Shown here one piece after another: positions 1 through 9,137 of a DNA stretch of 64,000 bases. The DNA is taken from positions 64,001-128,000 of the forward strand of contig JBBQQR010000001.1 of assembly GCA_038215615.1 (NCBI GenBank), read 5' to 3'. Source of the stretch: Vulcanimicrobiales bacterium (lineage in GTDB: Bacteria > Vulcanimicrobiota > Vulcanimicrobiia > Vulcanimicrobiales > Vulcanimicrobiaceae). A program made the position numbers and the translations under genes. The notes beneath the pieces were generated by a model that did not search any database, had not been told where the DNA came from, and saw only the letters and a program-made list of their open reading frames with translations. How positions within the stretch are numbered: the stretch's first letter is position 1; every line of letters begins with the position of its first letter.

Positions 1-1
1 G

Positions 2-166
2 CGCGAGGTGCTGTTCTCGACTATCTGCAAAGAACTGGGCATGACGCGCGAATCGATCGTGGTGACATTTTTGGCGATCCTCGAACTTATTCGCCGCAAG
101 CGTCTTTCTTACGATCAGCAAGCGCCTTTCGACGATATCCGGCTCTTCTTGGTGGCTAAAGCGTGA
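2..166 (+). CDS. scpA: Segregation/condensation protein A, C-terminal fragment (truncated by window edge)
   Basis: Frame 2 reads ...RESIVVTFLAILELIRRKRLSYDQQAPFDDIRL*, the ScpA C-terminal VVTFLAxLEL motif; GTGA overlap with scpB. Confidence 0.9.
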   Translation, partial: REVLFSTICKELGMTRESIVVTFLAILELIRRKRLSYDQQAPFDDIRLFLVAKA

Positions 167-735
167 ACGGAGAGGTCGATCAGTTGCGGCGCCCGATCGA
201 GGCGCTGCTCTTCGTTGCCAGCGAAGCGTTGCCGATCAAAGAGATTGCGAAGCTGACGCGCGCATCGGAGACCGACGTTGCGACGGCGCTGCAGCAGATC
301 GAAGCCGAGTACGCGGAGCGCGGCATCGTGCTGCGGGAAGTGGCCGGCGGCTACCGTTTCGCGACCGCTCCTTCGGCACGCGAAGTCGTGGAAGCCTATT
401 TGCTGCCGCCGCGCACCAATCTCTCGACGCCCGCGCTCGAAACGCTGGCGATCGTCGCTTATCTTCAGCCCGTGACAAAAAGCGAGATCGAGGCGATTCG
501 CGGTGTGGCTTCCGATAGCGTCGTTTCGACGCTGCTCGACCGGATGTTCATCGCCGAGGCAGGGCGCAAGGATGTCGTTGGCCGGCCGCTGCTCTACAAG
601 ACGACGCCGGAGTTTTTGGAATCGTTCGGCTTGCGTTCGCTCGACGATCTTCCGCCGATGGAGTTGGAGCAAGGCCAGCCGCTCGAACTCGGTCTGTTGA
701 CCGCCAACCTGACCGCAAGCGTTCCCGCGGAATAG
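163..735 (+). CDS. scpB: SMC-Scp complex subunit ScpB
   Basis: IEALLF, LSTPALETLAIVAYLQPVTKSEIEAIRGV, GRPLLYKTTPEFLESFGL. Confidence 0.97.
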   Translation: MNGEVDQLRRPIEALLFVASEALPIKEIAKLTRASETDVATALQQIEAEYAERGIVLREVAGGYRFATAPSAREVVEAYLLPPRTNLSTPALETLAIVAYLQPVTKSEIEAIRGVASDSVVSTLLDRMFIAEAGRKDVVGRPLLYKTTPEFLESFGLRSLDDLPPMELEQGQPLELGLLTANLTASVPAE

Positions 736-739
736 CTGC

Positions 740-1591
740 ATGCGAATCGGCGTGCACGTGCGCGTCTCCGCCGGCTATCCGGCAGCCATCGAATACGCCA
801 AGCGCGTCAAGGCCACCGCAATGCAGATCTTTTCGAGCAATCCGCGCAGCTATCGCACGGGTCCGGTCAATCGGCCGGCGCTCGAAAGATTCCGCGAGCT
901 GCGGAAAGACGCAGGCATCGAGCCATGCGCCATCCATACGCCGTATCTGATCAACCTCGCCGCCGAGAACGAAAAAGTTTCGACCGGTTCGCTCGCGCTG
1001 CTGCGCTACGATCTCGAGGCGGCCGAAGCCGGCGGCGTCAGTTATGTCAACACGCATCTCGGATCGTACGGCAAGCGCGATCGCAACGAAGGCTTTGCTT
1101 CCGCGTGCCGTCTGCTGAGCGCCGCGCTGGAAGGCATTACGCCCGGCGTGACGCTGGTGATGGAAAACTCCGCCGGGGCCGGCTCGCTCTGCGGCGGCAC
1201 ACTGGAAGAGCTCGGCAGGTTCATCAAAGCGATCGATCATCCGCAGTTGGGCGTCTGCCTCGACACGGCTCACGCATGGGCCGCGGGTTATGAAATCAAC
1301 TCGCAGCGTGGCGTGGACGACTTTCTTTACCAAGCCGCGGAGCAAATCGGTCTCGACCGCATTCCGATGTTCCATTTCAACGACACAGAAGTGCCGCTGG
1401 GGGGAAACCGCGACCGGCACCATCACATCGGGGAAGGCAACATCGGCTTCGACGGTTTTCGCGCGCTCGCTGCGCGTCCGGAGTTGCGCGACAAGACCGC
1501 GATTCTCGAAACGCCCGGCGAAGAAGCCGACGACGTGCGCAACGTTGAAGCGATCCGCGCGATATTCAAGGGCGCCGGCCACGAGATATGA
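740..1591 (+). CDS. nfo: Endonuclease IV (AP endonuclease)
   Basis: HTPYLINLA, MENSAG, CLDTAHAWAAGY, HFND, DRHHHIGEGNIG, ILETP. Confidence 0.95.
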   Translation: MRIGVHVRVSAGYPAAIEYAKRVKATAMQIFSSNPRSYRTGPVNRPALERFRELRKDAGIEPCAIHTPYLINLAAENEKVSTGSLALLRYDLEAAEAGGVSYVNTHLGSYGKRDRNEGFASACRLLSAALEGITPGVTLVMENSAGAGSLCGGTLEELGRFIKAIDHPQLGVCLDTAHAWAAGYEINSQRGVDDFLYQAAEQIGLDRIPMFHFNDTEVPLGGNRDRHHHIGEGNIGFDGFRALAARPELRDKTAILETPGEEADDVRNVEAIRAIFKGAGHEI

Positions 1592-2643
1592 TCGCGCATT
1601 TCGACATCGACGCTTTTTATGCGAACGTCGAAATTCGCGACAACCCCGAGCTGCGCGGCAAGCCGGTCGCTGTAGCCGGAACGAGCCGTCGCGCGGTTGT
1701 CCTGACCGCGTCATATGAAGCACGCCCGTATGGCGTAAAATCGGCGGTCCCGCTCTGGCGCGCGCTCGAAGCGTGTCCCGAGCTCGTTGTGGTGCCGCCG
1801 AACATGCAGAAGTACCGGGACGTGTCGCGTCAAATCTTTGCCATCTTCGAACGGCGCGGCCATCCGGTGCAGGGCTTGTCGATGGATGAAGCGTTCGTGG
1901 ACTTCGGCGACTGCGCCGTCGCCCAAGCTCGCGAGTTGGCTCAAACCATTCGTCGCGAAATCTTCGACGAGTGCGGATTAACCGTGAGCGCGGGGGTCGC
2001 CACCGGAATGATGGTCGCGAAAATTCTCTGCGATTCGTGCAAACCCGACGGTTTAGAATCGCTGGCGCCCGGCTGCGAAGCGGAATTTCTCGCGCCGCTG
2101 CCCGTCGGCCGGCTGTGGGGCGTCGGCCCGAAGACACAAATGCGCTTGCAAGAACGCAGCATTACCACGATCGGCGACGTGGCCGCGCTTTCCGACGAAC
2201 GCGTGCGCGCAATTTTCGGATCGTGGGGAATGGAATTGCGCGATTTGGCGCGCGGCGTCGATCGCCGTAAGGTCGAGCCCGAGCGCGAAACCAAATCGAT
2301 CTCGACCGAGGAAACCTTCGAATATGACGTGCGCGACGAAAAACAATTGCGTGAACTCTTACGGGAGCAGGCGATGGAATTAGCGCAAAAGCTCGAGAAG
2401 GAAGGGCTGTCGGCGTGCACGATCGGCATCAAAATAAAGCGGGCCGACTTTCAAATCATCGTCCGGCAGACGAATCTGGCCGAACCGACGATGGACGCTC
2501 AGCAAATCTTCGTCTCCGCGGTCCATTGTCTGCGGCGCGCCGAGCTCGGCCGTTCGCCTGTGCGCCTGCTGGGAACCCGCGTGGCCTCGCTCGTGGCGGG
2601 CGAACCGAAACAGCAAACGTTATTCGCAGGTAGCCTGCAGTAG
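1588..2643 (+). CDS. dinB: DNA polymerase IV (Y family)
   Basis: HFDIDAFYANVE, ASYEARPYGV, SMDEAFVD, KPDG, LWGVGPKT; ATGA overlap with nfo. Confidence 0.95.
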   Translation: MIAHFDIDAFYANVEIRDNPELRGKPVAVAGTSRRAVVLTASYEARPYGVKSAVPLWRALEACPELVVVPPNMQKYRDVSRQIFAIFERRGHPVQGLSMDEAFVDFGDCAVAQARELAQTIRREIFDECGLTVSAGVATGMMVAKILCDSCKPDGLESLAPGCEAEFLAPLPVGRLWGVGPKTQMRLQERSITTIGDVAALSDERVRAIFGSWGMELRDLARGVDRRKVEPERETKSISTEETFEYDVRDEKQLRELLREQAMELAQKLEKEGLSACTIGIKIKRADFQIIVRQTNLAEPTMDAQQIFVSAVHCLRRAELGRSPVRLLGTRVASLVAGEPKQQTLFAGSLQ

Positions 2644-2653
2644 GAGGCTCGAC

Positions 2654-2977
2654 ATGATCGTAGCTACCACGGAAAATATCGCGGGTTACCGCGTCAAGGA
2701 AACAAAGGGCCAAGTCTTCGGGGTCGTCGTTCGAAGCCGCGGTCTGGGCGGAAATATTGTCGCGTCGCTGCGCGCAATCATGGGCGGCGAAATCAGGGAG
2801 TACACGCAGCTCGTCGAGGAGACGCGCCGTCACGCCATCGATCGCATGGTCCAAAACGCGCAAGCAATGGGTGCCGACGCCGTCGCGATGATGCGGTTCG
2901 ACTCTTCGGAAATGGGTTCAACGATGACCGAAGTCGTGGCTTACGGGACGGCCGTCACGCTGACGCCGGTGCAATAA
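2654..2977 (+). CDS. YbjQ/UPF0145 family protein
   Basis: MIVATTENIAGY...GGEIREYTQL...GADAV...AYGTAV; AGGAGG RBS. Confidence 0.9.
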   Translation: MIVATTENIAGYRVKETKGQVFGVVVRSRGLGGNIVASLRAIMGGEIREYTQLVEETRRHAIDRMVQNAQAMGADAVAMMRFDSSEMGSTMTEVVAYGTAVTLTPVQ

Positions 2978-3258
2978 TGCTGCGCGCAATTCTCATCCTG
3001 GCCGGACTCTGCGCGCTTGCGTTTGGACTTTACATGTTACGGTATTCGTTTCTGGGCGCACTGCCGGCATTGATGGCGGGCGGTGCGTTGCTGCTTGGTA
3101 CGCTCTTCGAAGGCCGTTACCGTCCGCGCGTTCGCGCGGGCTCTGATGGCTGGGAGCCGACCGGTGAGAAGTTCATCGATCCCGGCACGGGGAAACTCGT
3201 CGACGTCATTTACAATCCCAAAACGGGCGAACGCGAATATAAGGACGTTCCGCCGTAA
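2977..3258 (+). CDS. Small two-TM membrane protein
   Basis: Two hydrophobic segments, then WEPTGEKFIDP...YNPKTGEREY; TAATG coupling with upstream gene. Confidence 0.75.
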   Translation: MLRAILILAGLCALAFGLYMLRYSFLGALPALMAGGALLLGTLFEGRYRPRVRAGSDGWEPTGEKFIDPGTGKLVDVIYNPKTGEREYKDVPP

Positions 3259-3273
3259 GCTGTGAGCCTACCG

Positions 3274-3362
3274 CTCCTCGACGTGCGCGCCTTTAGGGCG
3301 CGCTGCTCGGGGTCCTTCGACTCCGCATTCGCTAAAGGCGAATGCTTCGCTCAGGATGACAC
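3274..3362. repeat. Modular palindromic (REP-like) repeat, copy 1
   Basis: CTCCTCGAC-[GCGCGCC/GGCGCGC hairpin]-GCTCGGGG-TCCTTCGAC-[GCATTCGC/GCGAATGC hairpin]-GCTCAGGATGACAC between convergent genes; shared core with 25995, 32341, 33271. Confidence 0.85.
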
Positions 3363-3369
3363 TTCGGGG

Positions 3370-4335
3370 TTAAATATGATCGGTGGACCAGACTCCGTCG
3401 GCTGCGCCGGTCGCCTTCGCTCGCTCTAAGAATTTTTTTCCGCGAGCGCTAAGCGGCGCGATCATCAGGATCGCGTCTTTGCGTTTGCGCACGGAGCCGC
3501 GCGGTAATAGTCCGCGCATGTTGTCGGGCGGCAGCCAACCTGTAATTCTCCGCAGATCGCCCGCGGCCGAGCGCAAAAGCGGTGCAATAAGCCGGCGATC
3601 TTTTTCGCCGGCACACCCGAATTCGTCGAGCACGTAGGCATCGTGGGCGGGTTCGCGCTGGCCGAAAACGTAGGCCGCGATTCCGCGCCCGCGCCGTACG
3701 ACCAAATGCACGGCTTGCCCGCGCGTATGTTCCGAACCGTGCCCGATGCGTCTCTGAAGCCACTTCCAAAACGCAGGTCCTCGCTCGAACCCCCAATCGC
3801 GCAGCGACTGCGTTGCATCGAAACAGCGCCGGATCGCCGGCCAATCTTTTTGCGTCATGGGCGCGACATCGATGCGCGTCTCCGAAAGTGAATCGGCGCG
3901 AAATGAGATCAGCCGCGAAGAAAGCTCGACGAATCCGAGCGTCTTGTAAAACTGGGGATGAATGTCCGAAAAGAGGTAGGCAAAATCGAAGCGCTGCGTC
4001 GTTGCATTATCCAGCGCCATCGCGAGCATTGCGCTGGCGTAACCGCGGCCTCGCTGCTCGGGCGGTGTGAAGACGGCGCCGATGCCGATCGACGCGAGCC
4101 TGTTCGAGCGCAGCCACGCGATCCGCTCGTAGCGCTTAAACGATGCAACGATGGCTTTTCCCGCACGAAAGCCCAGCGTCTGATAGTGGCGCTTGCCATA
4201 GTCCGTGCGCGCGAGTTGGAGCGTTTGTGAAACGTACGCATCGAACGTCCGCCCGTTCGCCCAAAGCGGCGCGGTCAAAGGCAGTACGCGTTTGACGTAC
4301 TCCTCGGGTGGGATCGAACTGAGCGTTTCGCTCAT
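3370..4335 (-). CDS. GNAT family N-acetyltransferase
   Basis: Motif A IGAVFTPPEQRGRGYASAML; LFSDI..FYKTLGF; 4-nt overlap with helicase stop. Confidence 0.85.
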   Translation of the reverse strand: MSETLSSIPPEEYVKRVLPLTAPLWANGRTFDAYVSQTLQLARTDYGKRHYQTLGFRAGKAIVASFKRYERIAWLRSNRLASIGIGAVFTPPEQRGRGYASAMLAMALDNATTQRFDFAYLFSDIHPQFYKTLGFVELSSRLISFRADSLSETRIDVAPMTQKDWPAIRRCFDATQSLRDWGFERGPAFWKWLQRRIGHGSEHTRGQAVHLVVRRGRGIAAYVFGQREPAHDAYVLDEFGCAGEKDRRLIAPLLRSAAGDLRRITGWLPPDNMRGLLPRGSVRKRKDAILMIAPLSARGKKFLERAKATGAADGVWSTDHI

Positions 4336-6533
4336 CTAGCGGAGCGAGCCGAACCGGCGGAGCGCCACTTATCCGACAGGTCGACCGCGCCAGGAATACG
4401 CGCGGCCTGCAGCTCGGCCAGGAATTCAGGGGCGGCAACTCCGCGCGTCGCTTTTTCATGCGCGGTCACGAGCGCCGAGCGTTTTGCGCGGCGCAGCGCG
4501 TAAACAAATGCACGCCGCTCCTCGCGATTGTACCGCTCGCGCGTCTTGCTCCGGAACATGTAGTAGGTAAACTTCGCGGTGCGCGCGGCTCGCGCTTCGC
4601 CCACGTTTTCCTTGGCAATCATACCTTGGCTCGGGCTATACAAGAACGCGTCGGGTACGTAGTAGCGTGGAAAGGCGCCGGCCCGGACGTTTGGCAGAAG
4701 AACGTGATCGAACTCGCGTCCGGCTGCAGCGTCGATGCTTAAAATACGTACCGTCTCGCCGCCTTCAATCGTTTCGCACGATTCGAACTCGCTGTACATG
4801 CGCTCTTCGGCGTAGATTAAGAATTCCGCGAGTGATGCGTCCGGATGATCTGCAGCGAATGTTTCGATGCGATCGTACAGTCGTTGCAGCGTCAATCGCT
4901 GATAGTCCGCGCGCGCCGATCCGGGGGCACCCTTTCGCGCGAGGCCCTGGCTCCAAACCAGTCGCGCCAGTTCGGGAAGCGGAAGTCCGCGCAGCGCGCT
5001 TAGCCATTCTTTGCGAAGTTCGCGCAACCGCATCAGACGGTCGCGCGCCAGATCCGTCAGCGCTCCGTCGCGATCGCCGCGCAACACGTTCCATCCCAGG
5101 CGCACGTCGCGCATCGGATCCCAGCGCGGAGCGTGCGGTCCCGTTTCAGGCAGCGGCTCTTGCGTGAAGAGCAGCGTCTGCGAATCTTCGGGTTCGGCGC
5201 AGAGCGCTGCTAGCGTGGAGTCTGCGAAAGCAACCGCCGGCCCGGAAAGCACGCGCAGCAGGTATTCGTGGCGGAACGGGTCGTGCACGAACCAGAGAAT
5301 CGCGAGAGCGTCGACGGCTTCGGGCTCCGCGAATACGTTGAGATCGCCCGCTATTTGCGCGGGGATGTTTCGGTCGAGCAAGGTGTCGCAATAAGCGCGC
5401 GCGTTTGCAACCGAACGGAATAGCAACGCTATCTCGCTCGCCCGCGCGCCGTTTGCCAGCAGACCGGCGACATGTTCGGAGACGAACTGCGTTTCGGCTT
5501 TCTTCGTTGTCGCCCGAAATAGAGTCAGCCCAACTTGCGGATCGGTGCTGACCGGCGGAGAGCCGTGCGCGCCGAGCAGGTGCCGGCAAGCGGCATCGAC
5601 GGCGAACGGGCTGCGATGCTGTTCGGTCAGAGCCGCGCGATCGCCGGGTAGCGCGAGCACGCGATCCGGGCGGGCGCCGCGGAAGGTCGATGTTGCCGAC
5701 GCTTCGTCGATCGCAAGACAAACGGCCTCGGCGTTCGCTCCATAGATAGCCTCGAGCAGCTGCAGCTGGGCGAGCGTCAGCCCCTGGGCGTCGTCGACAC
5801 ATGCGGCGGGATAACGTTCGCGCACTTCCGCGGCAAGGGCCGGTCCTTCGCGCAACGCTTTTACGGCCTCCGCTATCGCATCGCGCGGGCTCAGGCAGCC
5901 GCGTTTGACCGGATGATCCAAATAAGAGCGGTACAGTTTCGCCAAGATTTTCGCCAGATCGACCTCGCGCCGGTATTGACGCTGAAGCTCGGCGCCATCG
6001 ACGTTAAGCGAGTCCTGGTGCGTTTCTTTCGTATAATACAGCAAATCTGGGTGCGCGAAATTCGGAGGTTGCGCGTAAAACGCGGTGGCGCCGCGCAAGG
6101 CGCTTTCCAGGAATTGCTCGGGCGAGACGAGTGCGTCGCGAAATTTGCAGAACAAATGGAAGGCGGCATCCAAGAATCGCTGCGGCGCGCGCAGTCCGGG
6201 GACTTCCGGATCGACCGTTGCTTCCATGAACTCAGTCCATTCGAGTGAAAGCAGCGGTTGCGCCGATTCTTCGAAGAGCACCGCTGCTTGTACGTCATCG
6301 ATGAGTTCCGGGCGCGGTCCGTCGCCGGCTTTGCGTACGAGAAGTTCCAGCGCGAGTTCGTCCAGCGCGCGCACGTGGATCCGTTCGCTGCCGCAGAGTC
6401 CGCGCAAGACGTCGAGCGAAGCTCCGGACGGCGCAGTCATGAGTACGGAACCGGTTTGCGCCGCTTCGTTCGCGTGCCGCATGAGTTCGGTCGTTTTCCC
6501 TGTTCCGGCCGCGCCGGTAATGAAGCGGCTCAT
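4332..6533 (-). CDS. UvrD/AdnA-like SF1 helicase-fold protein with degenerate motifs
   Basis: Start re-called at MSRFITGAAGTGKTT (ATGA overlap); Walker A intact, Walker B VDDAQ, motif III IDEASATSTFRGA, motif V SIDAAAGREFDHV, motif VI EERRAFVYALRRAK. Confidence 0.85.
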   Translation of the reverse strand: MSRFITGAAGTGKTTELMRHANEAAQTGSVLMTAPSGASLDVLRGLCGSERIHVRALDELALELLVRKAGDGPRPELIDDVQAAVLFEESAQPLLSLEWTEFMEATVDPEVPGLRAPQRFLDAAFHLFCKFRDALVSPEQFLESALRGATAFYAQPPNFAHPDLLYYTKETHQDSLNVDGAELQRQYRREVDLAKILAKLYRSYLDHPVKRGCLSPRDAIAEAVKALREGPALAAEVRERYPAACVDDAQGLTLAQLQLLEAIYGANAEAVCLAIDEASATSTFRGARPDRVLALPGDRAALTEQHRSPFAVDAACRHLLGAHGSPPVSTDPQVGLTLFRATTKKAETQFVSEHVAGLLANGARASEIALLFRSVANARAYCDTLLDRNIPAQIAGDLNVFAEPEAVDALAILWFVHDPFRHEYLLRVLSGPAVAFADSTLAALCAEPEDSQTLLFTQEPLPETGPHAPRWDPMRDVRLGWNVLRGDRDGALTDLARDRLMRLRELRKEWLSALRGLPLPELARLVWSQGLARKGAPGSARADYQRLTLQRLYDRIETFAADHPDASLAEFLIYAEERMYSEFESCETIEGGETVRILSIDAAAGREFDHVLLPNVRAGAFPRYYVPDAFLYSPSQGMIAKENVGEARAARTAKFTYYMFRSKTRERYNREERRAFVYALRRAKRSALVTAHEKATRGVAAPEFLAELQAARIPGAVDLSDKWRSAGSARSAR

Positions 6534-7777
6534 CTTCCGAACCGCTGATCCGGCGGGTAGGGACGATCCGCGCATGCGATTGCGTACGCGCAATACGTGC
6601 AGGCCGACGGATCGGCCGTAACCGCAAACGCGGTTGTGGTGCCGGCCGTCAGCTCCGCGCATATTTCGATCATTCGCTCGCGCGCCCGCTCGAGTTCGCC
6701 CAGCGGGATTACGCCTGTCGCGTTTTGGGAGCGGCCGATCTCCGATGGCACGGGTACGACCTCCAAAACGATCGGCTGCACGTCGAGCAGCGCGTCTTTA
6801 AGAGGGAGCAGCGCTAGCTTCCAGACTTTATCGCCTTCGGCGGTGCGCGCCCAGTAATAAAACGGCAGCTGAAAATCTTTGAACTGGCGGATCTTTTCGC
6901 GATACTCCGCCGCGCTGGTGGCGATGGTGCCCGTCTTGTAGTCGATCACCGCGACGGATCCTGTCTTGTCGTCGCGGTCGAGCCGGTCGATGTAGCCGAT
7001 GAACTCGTAGCCTTCCATCTCGAGCTCGGCCGAGAGCTCGCAGCCGACGACGGTGAAAGCAGCGCGTTTGGCCTCCGCGAGCAGCCACTCGACGTATTTT
7101 TTCGCGGTGCGCTGAGCGCGCCGGCGCTGCAGTTCGTACTCAACAGGCGTTTCGAAATTGTTGCGGTGACGGTCGAAGGCGGAATTGACCAAGCCTTCGA
7201 GTTTGAGCGAAAGTTCGGCCGGATCGGCATCGCCCGGACGCGGAAACTCGCCGTGCAAGGCTTCGAGCGCGGCGTGAAATGCCGTCCCATAAAAGGAAGC
7301 GGACGACCCTTTGTCCTCGACTGCGCCGCACATGTAGCGGTAGAACCATTTTCGCGGACACTCAACGTAGGCGTTGAGCTGCGAGGCCGAAAAACGCGGG
7401 CGCGTAGCACGCATCCCGAGTCGAGGTTCGGGAACGGCCGGTTCGCAAAGGGTCAGTTCGCAGCGCTCCACTGCAATCGGCGTCTGCACGTCCGCTTCGA
7501 GCTGAAAACGGCGCGCGATTTCTTGGCGAGCGGTTTCTCCGTCCCCGATTTTCTCGAGTTCCCGCAGTGCCGCCGCAAACGGAGCGAGCGAACGCTCCTG
7601 CCCGAGGCGGTCGAGCAGCCCGCCTTCGCTTGCGCAAAGCGCGGCGTATGCGGCGCCGAGTTCTTGAGGGACGCCGGAAAGCGGCGATTGCAGCATGCGC
7701 ACCGCGTGGCGTTCTTCCGGCCTTTGCGTCCACGCCAAAGCCGCCGCTAGAAAAGCACGCTGCTCGGCAGACTGCAC
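6530..7777 (-). CDS. RecB-family PD-(D/E)XK nuclease with 4-Cys (Fe-S) motif
   Basis: FSASQLNAYVECPRKW, GYIDRLD..IDYKTG, FQLPFY, C-terminal CTYCAYAIAC. Confidence 0.88.
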   Translation of the reverse strand: MQSAEQRAFLAAALAWTQRPEERHAVRMLQSPLSGVPQELGAAYAALCASEGGLLDRLGQERSLAPFAAALRELEKIGDGETARQEIARRFQLEADVQTPIAVERCELTLCEPAVPEPRLGMRATRPRFSASQLNAYVECPRKWFYRYMCGAVEDKGSSASFYGTAFHAALEALHGEFPRPGDADPAELSLKLEGLVNSAFDRHRNNFETPVEYELQRRRAQRTAKKYVEWLLAEAKRAAFTVVGCELSAELEMEGYEFIGYIDRLDRDDKTGSVAVIDYKTGTIATSAAEYREKIRQFKDFQLPFYYWARTAEGDKVWKLALLPLKDALLDVQPIVLEVVPVPSEIGRSQNATGVIPLGELERARERMIEICAELTAGTTTAFAVTADPSACTYCAYAIACADRPYPPDQRFGR

Positions 7778-7836
7778 GATGCTCTCTTTGGAAAACGTAC
7801 GAAGGCGACCCTGCTCGCAGCGTGTAACCGCGGGTC

Positions 7837-8394
7837 ATGCGGCGAATCATCATCGGCATCAGCGGAGCCAGCGGAAGCGCGTTTGCCTATCGCGCGCTCG
7901 AGGCTTTGCGCGGCGTTTCCGAAATCGAGACACATTTGGTCGTCAGCCGGCAGGCTGCGCGTACGATTGAGCTGGAGACCAAGAAGACCGTTAAGGAGTT
8001 TGAGGCGCTGGCGGACTTCGCGTACAATCATGACGATCTCGCCGCCGCTATTTCCAGCGGCTCGTTCATCACCGAAGGGATGCTCGTCATTCCATGTTCG
8101 ATCGGAAGCGCCGGGGCCATCGCTCATTCGTTAAACGCAAATCTGCTCGTACGAGCCGCCGACGTCTGTTTAAAGGAAAGACGAAAACTAGTGCTGATCG
8201 TGCGTGAGACGCCGCTGCATCTGGGCCATCTGCGCACGCTGACGCAACTGGCTGAGATGGGCGCGGTGATCATGCCGCCGATGCCGGCGCTCTACGCCAA
8301 ACCAAAGTCGGTCGATGACATCGTCGCGCACACGGTCGGCAAGGCGCTCGACCAATTCGGCGTCGAGCACAAACTTTTCGAGCGCTGGTCTTAG
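7837..8394 (+). CDS. ubiX: Flavin prenyltransferase UbiX
   Basis: IIIGISGASG, SSGSF, RAADVCLKERRKLVLIVRETPL. Confidence 0.95.
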   Translation: MRRIIIGISGASGSAFAYRALEALRGVSEIETHLVVSRQAARTIELETKKTVKEFEALADFAYNHDDLAAAISSGSFITEGMLVIPCSIGSAGAIAHSLNANLLVRAADVCLKERRKLVLIVRETPLHLGHLRTLTQLAEMGAVIMPPMPALYAKPKSVDDIVAHTVGKALDQFGVEHKLFERWS

Positions 8395-9137
8395 CGCGCG
8401 AACTTTTCGGCGAGCGCGATGTCGCTCAGCCGGTCGACGTTTATTCCGATCTCCGCGTATGGTGTGACGATCGCGCGTACCGGCGCTCCGGTGACGTACG
8501 CCGCTCGCGCTTCGGCTTGCGCGATGGTCAAGCGCCTCAATGCGTACCGCCAAAGAATCCGCCAGCCGAAAAGGGACGCGAGCTTGAGCGGATTCTTGCG
8601 CGCCTCGCCCAATTTTTCGATCACGCGTTCGAGCGCGGGCCAAACGCGAGGCTTCAGCGTGATGAAGCCGGTGCCGCAATAATCGCCGTCACGCAAGTGC
8701 GCCCACGTGTGCGGCGCCTCCGGAAATGCTGCCATATGTACGGATTTTTCAAGGCACCCGTACGTGAGATCGGCATTTACCGCTTCGGCGCGATGGATGT
8801 AGTCATCGATGGCTCGTGGCGTAAGCACGGGCAAGTCCGATGCGCTGACCAAAATAGCAGCATCGGGATCGCTGCCTGCGAGTCCGTTGCGCAAACTGTC
8901 ACGAATGCGCACGCCGTCGGGACGCACGTCGTCGGCTAACGCGAGCGCGGCGGATCCGTGCGACGCCGGCGGTGCCACGACGACGATGCGCCCGACGCTA
9001 ACCGATCCCCGCAGCGCGCGAAGCGTGCGCTCCACTAGAGTCGCCCCATTGATCTCGACAAAGGCTTTATTCGGCGCGCCCGGCGTCCGTGCCGCGAGCT
9101 CGTCGTGCGGGCCGCCTGCGAGAACTATCGCGTCCAT
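8391..9137 (-). CDS. MobA-like NTP transferase domain protein
   Basis: Start re-called at MDAIVLAGG; PNKAFVEING; SDLP; INVDRLSD. Confidence 0.8.
   Translation of the reverse strand: MDAIVLAGGPHDELAARTPGAPNKAFVEINGATLVERTLRALRGSVSVGRIVVVAPPASHGSAALALADDVRPDGVRIRDSLRNGLAGSDPDAAILVSASDLPVLTPRAIDDYIHRAEAVNADLTYGCLEKSVHMAAFPEAPHTWAHLRDGDYCGTGFITLKPRVWPALERVIEKLGEARKNPLKLASLFGWRILWRYALRRLTIAQAEARAAYVTGAPVRAIVTPYAEIGINVDRLSDIALAEKFAR

Noticed and set aside
1500..1590. SOS/LexA box upstream of dinB
   Set aside because: dinB is translationally coupled to nfo and no GAAC-N4-GTTC palindrome was seen
3274..3362. Repeat copies as a CRISPR array or tRNA
   Set aside because: Copies are dispersed, with no regular spacers, cas genes or cloverleaf
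6530..7777. Cas4 call for the 4-Cys nuclease
   Set aside because: No cas1/cas2 or array; helicase context and length fit the RecB/AddB/AdnA family better
8391..9137. IspD call for the NTP transferase next to ispE
   Set aside because: Lacks the IspD HDxARP motif; resembles MobA-like transferases
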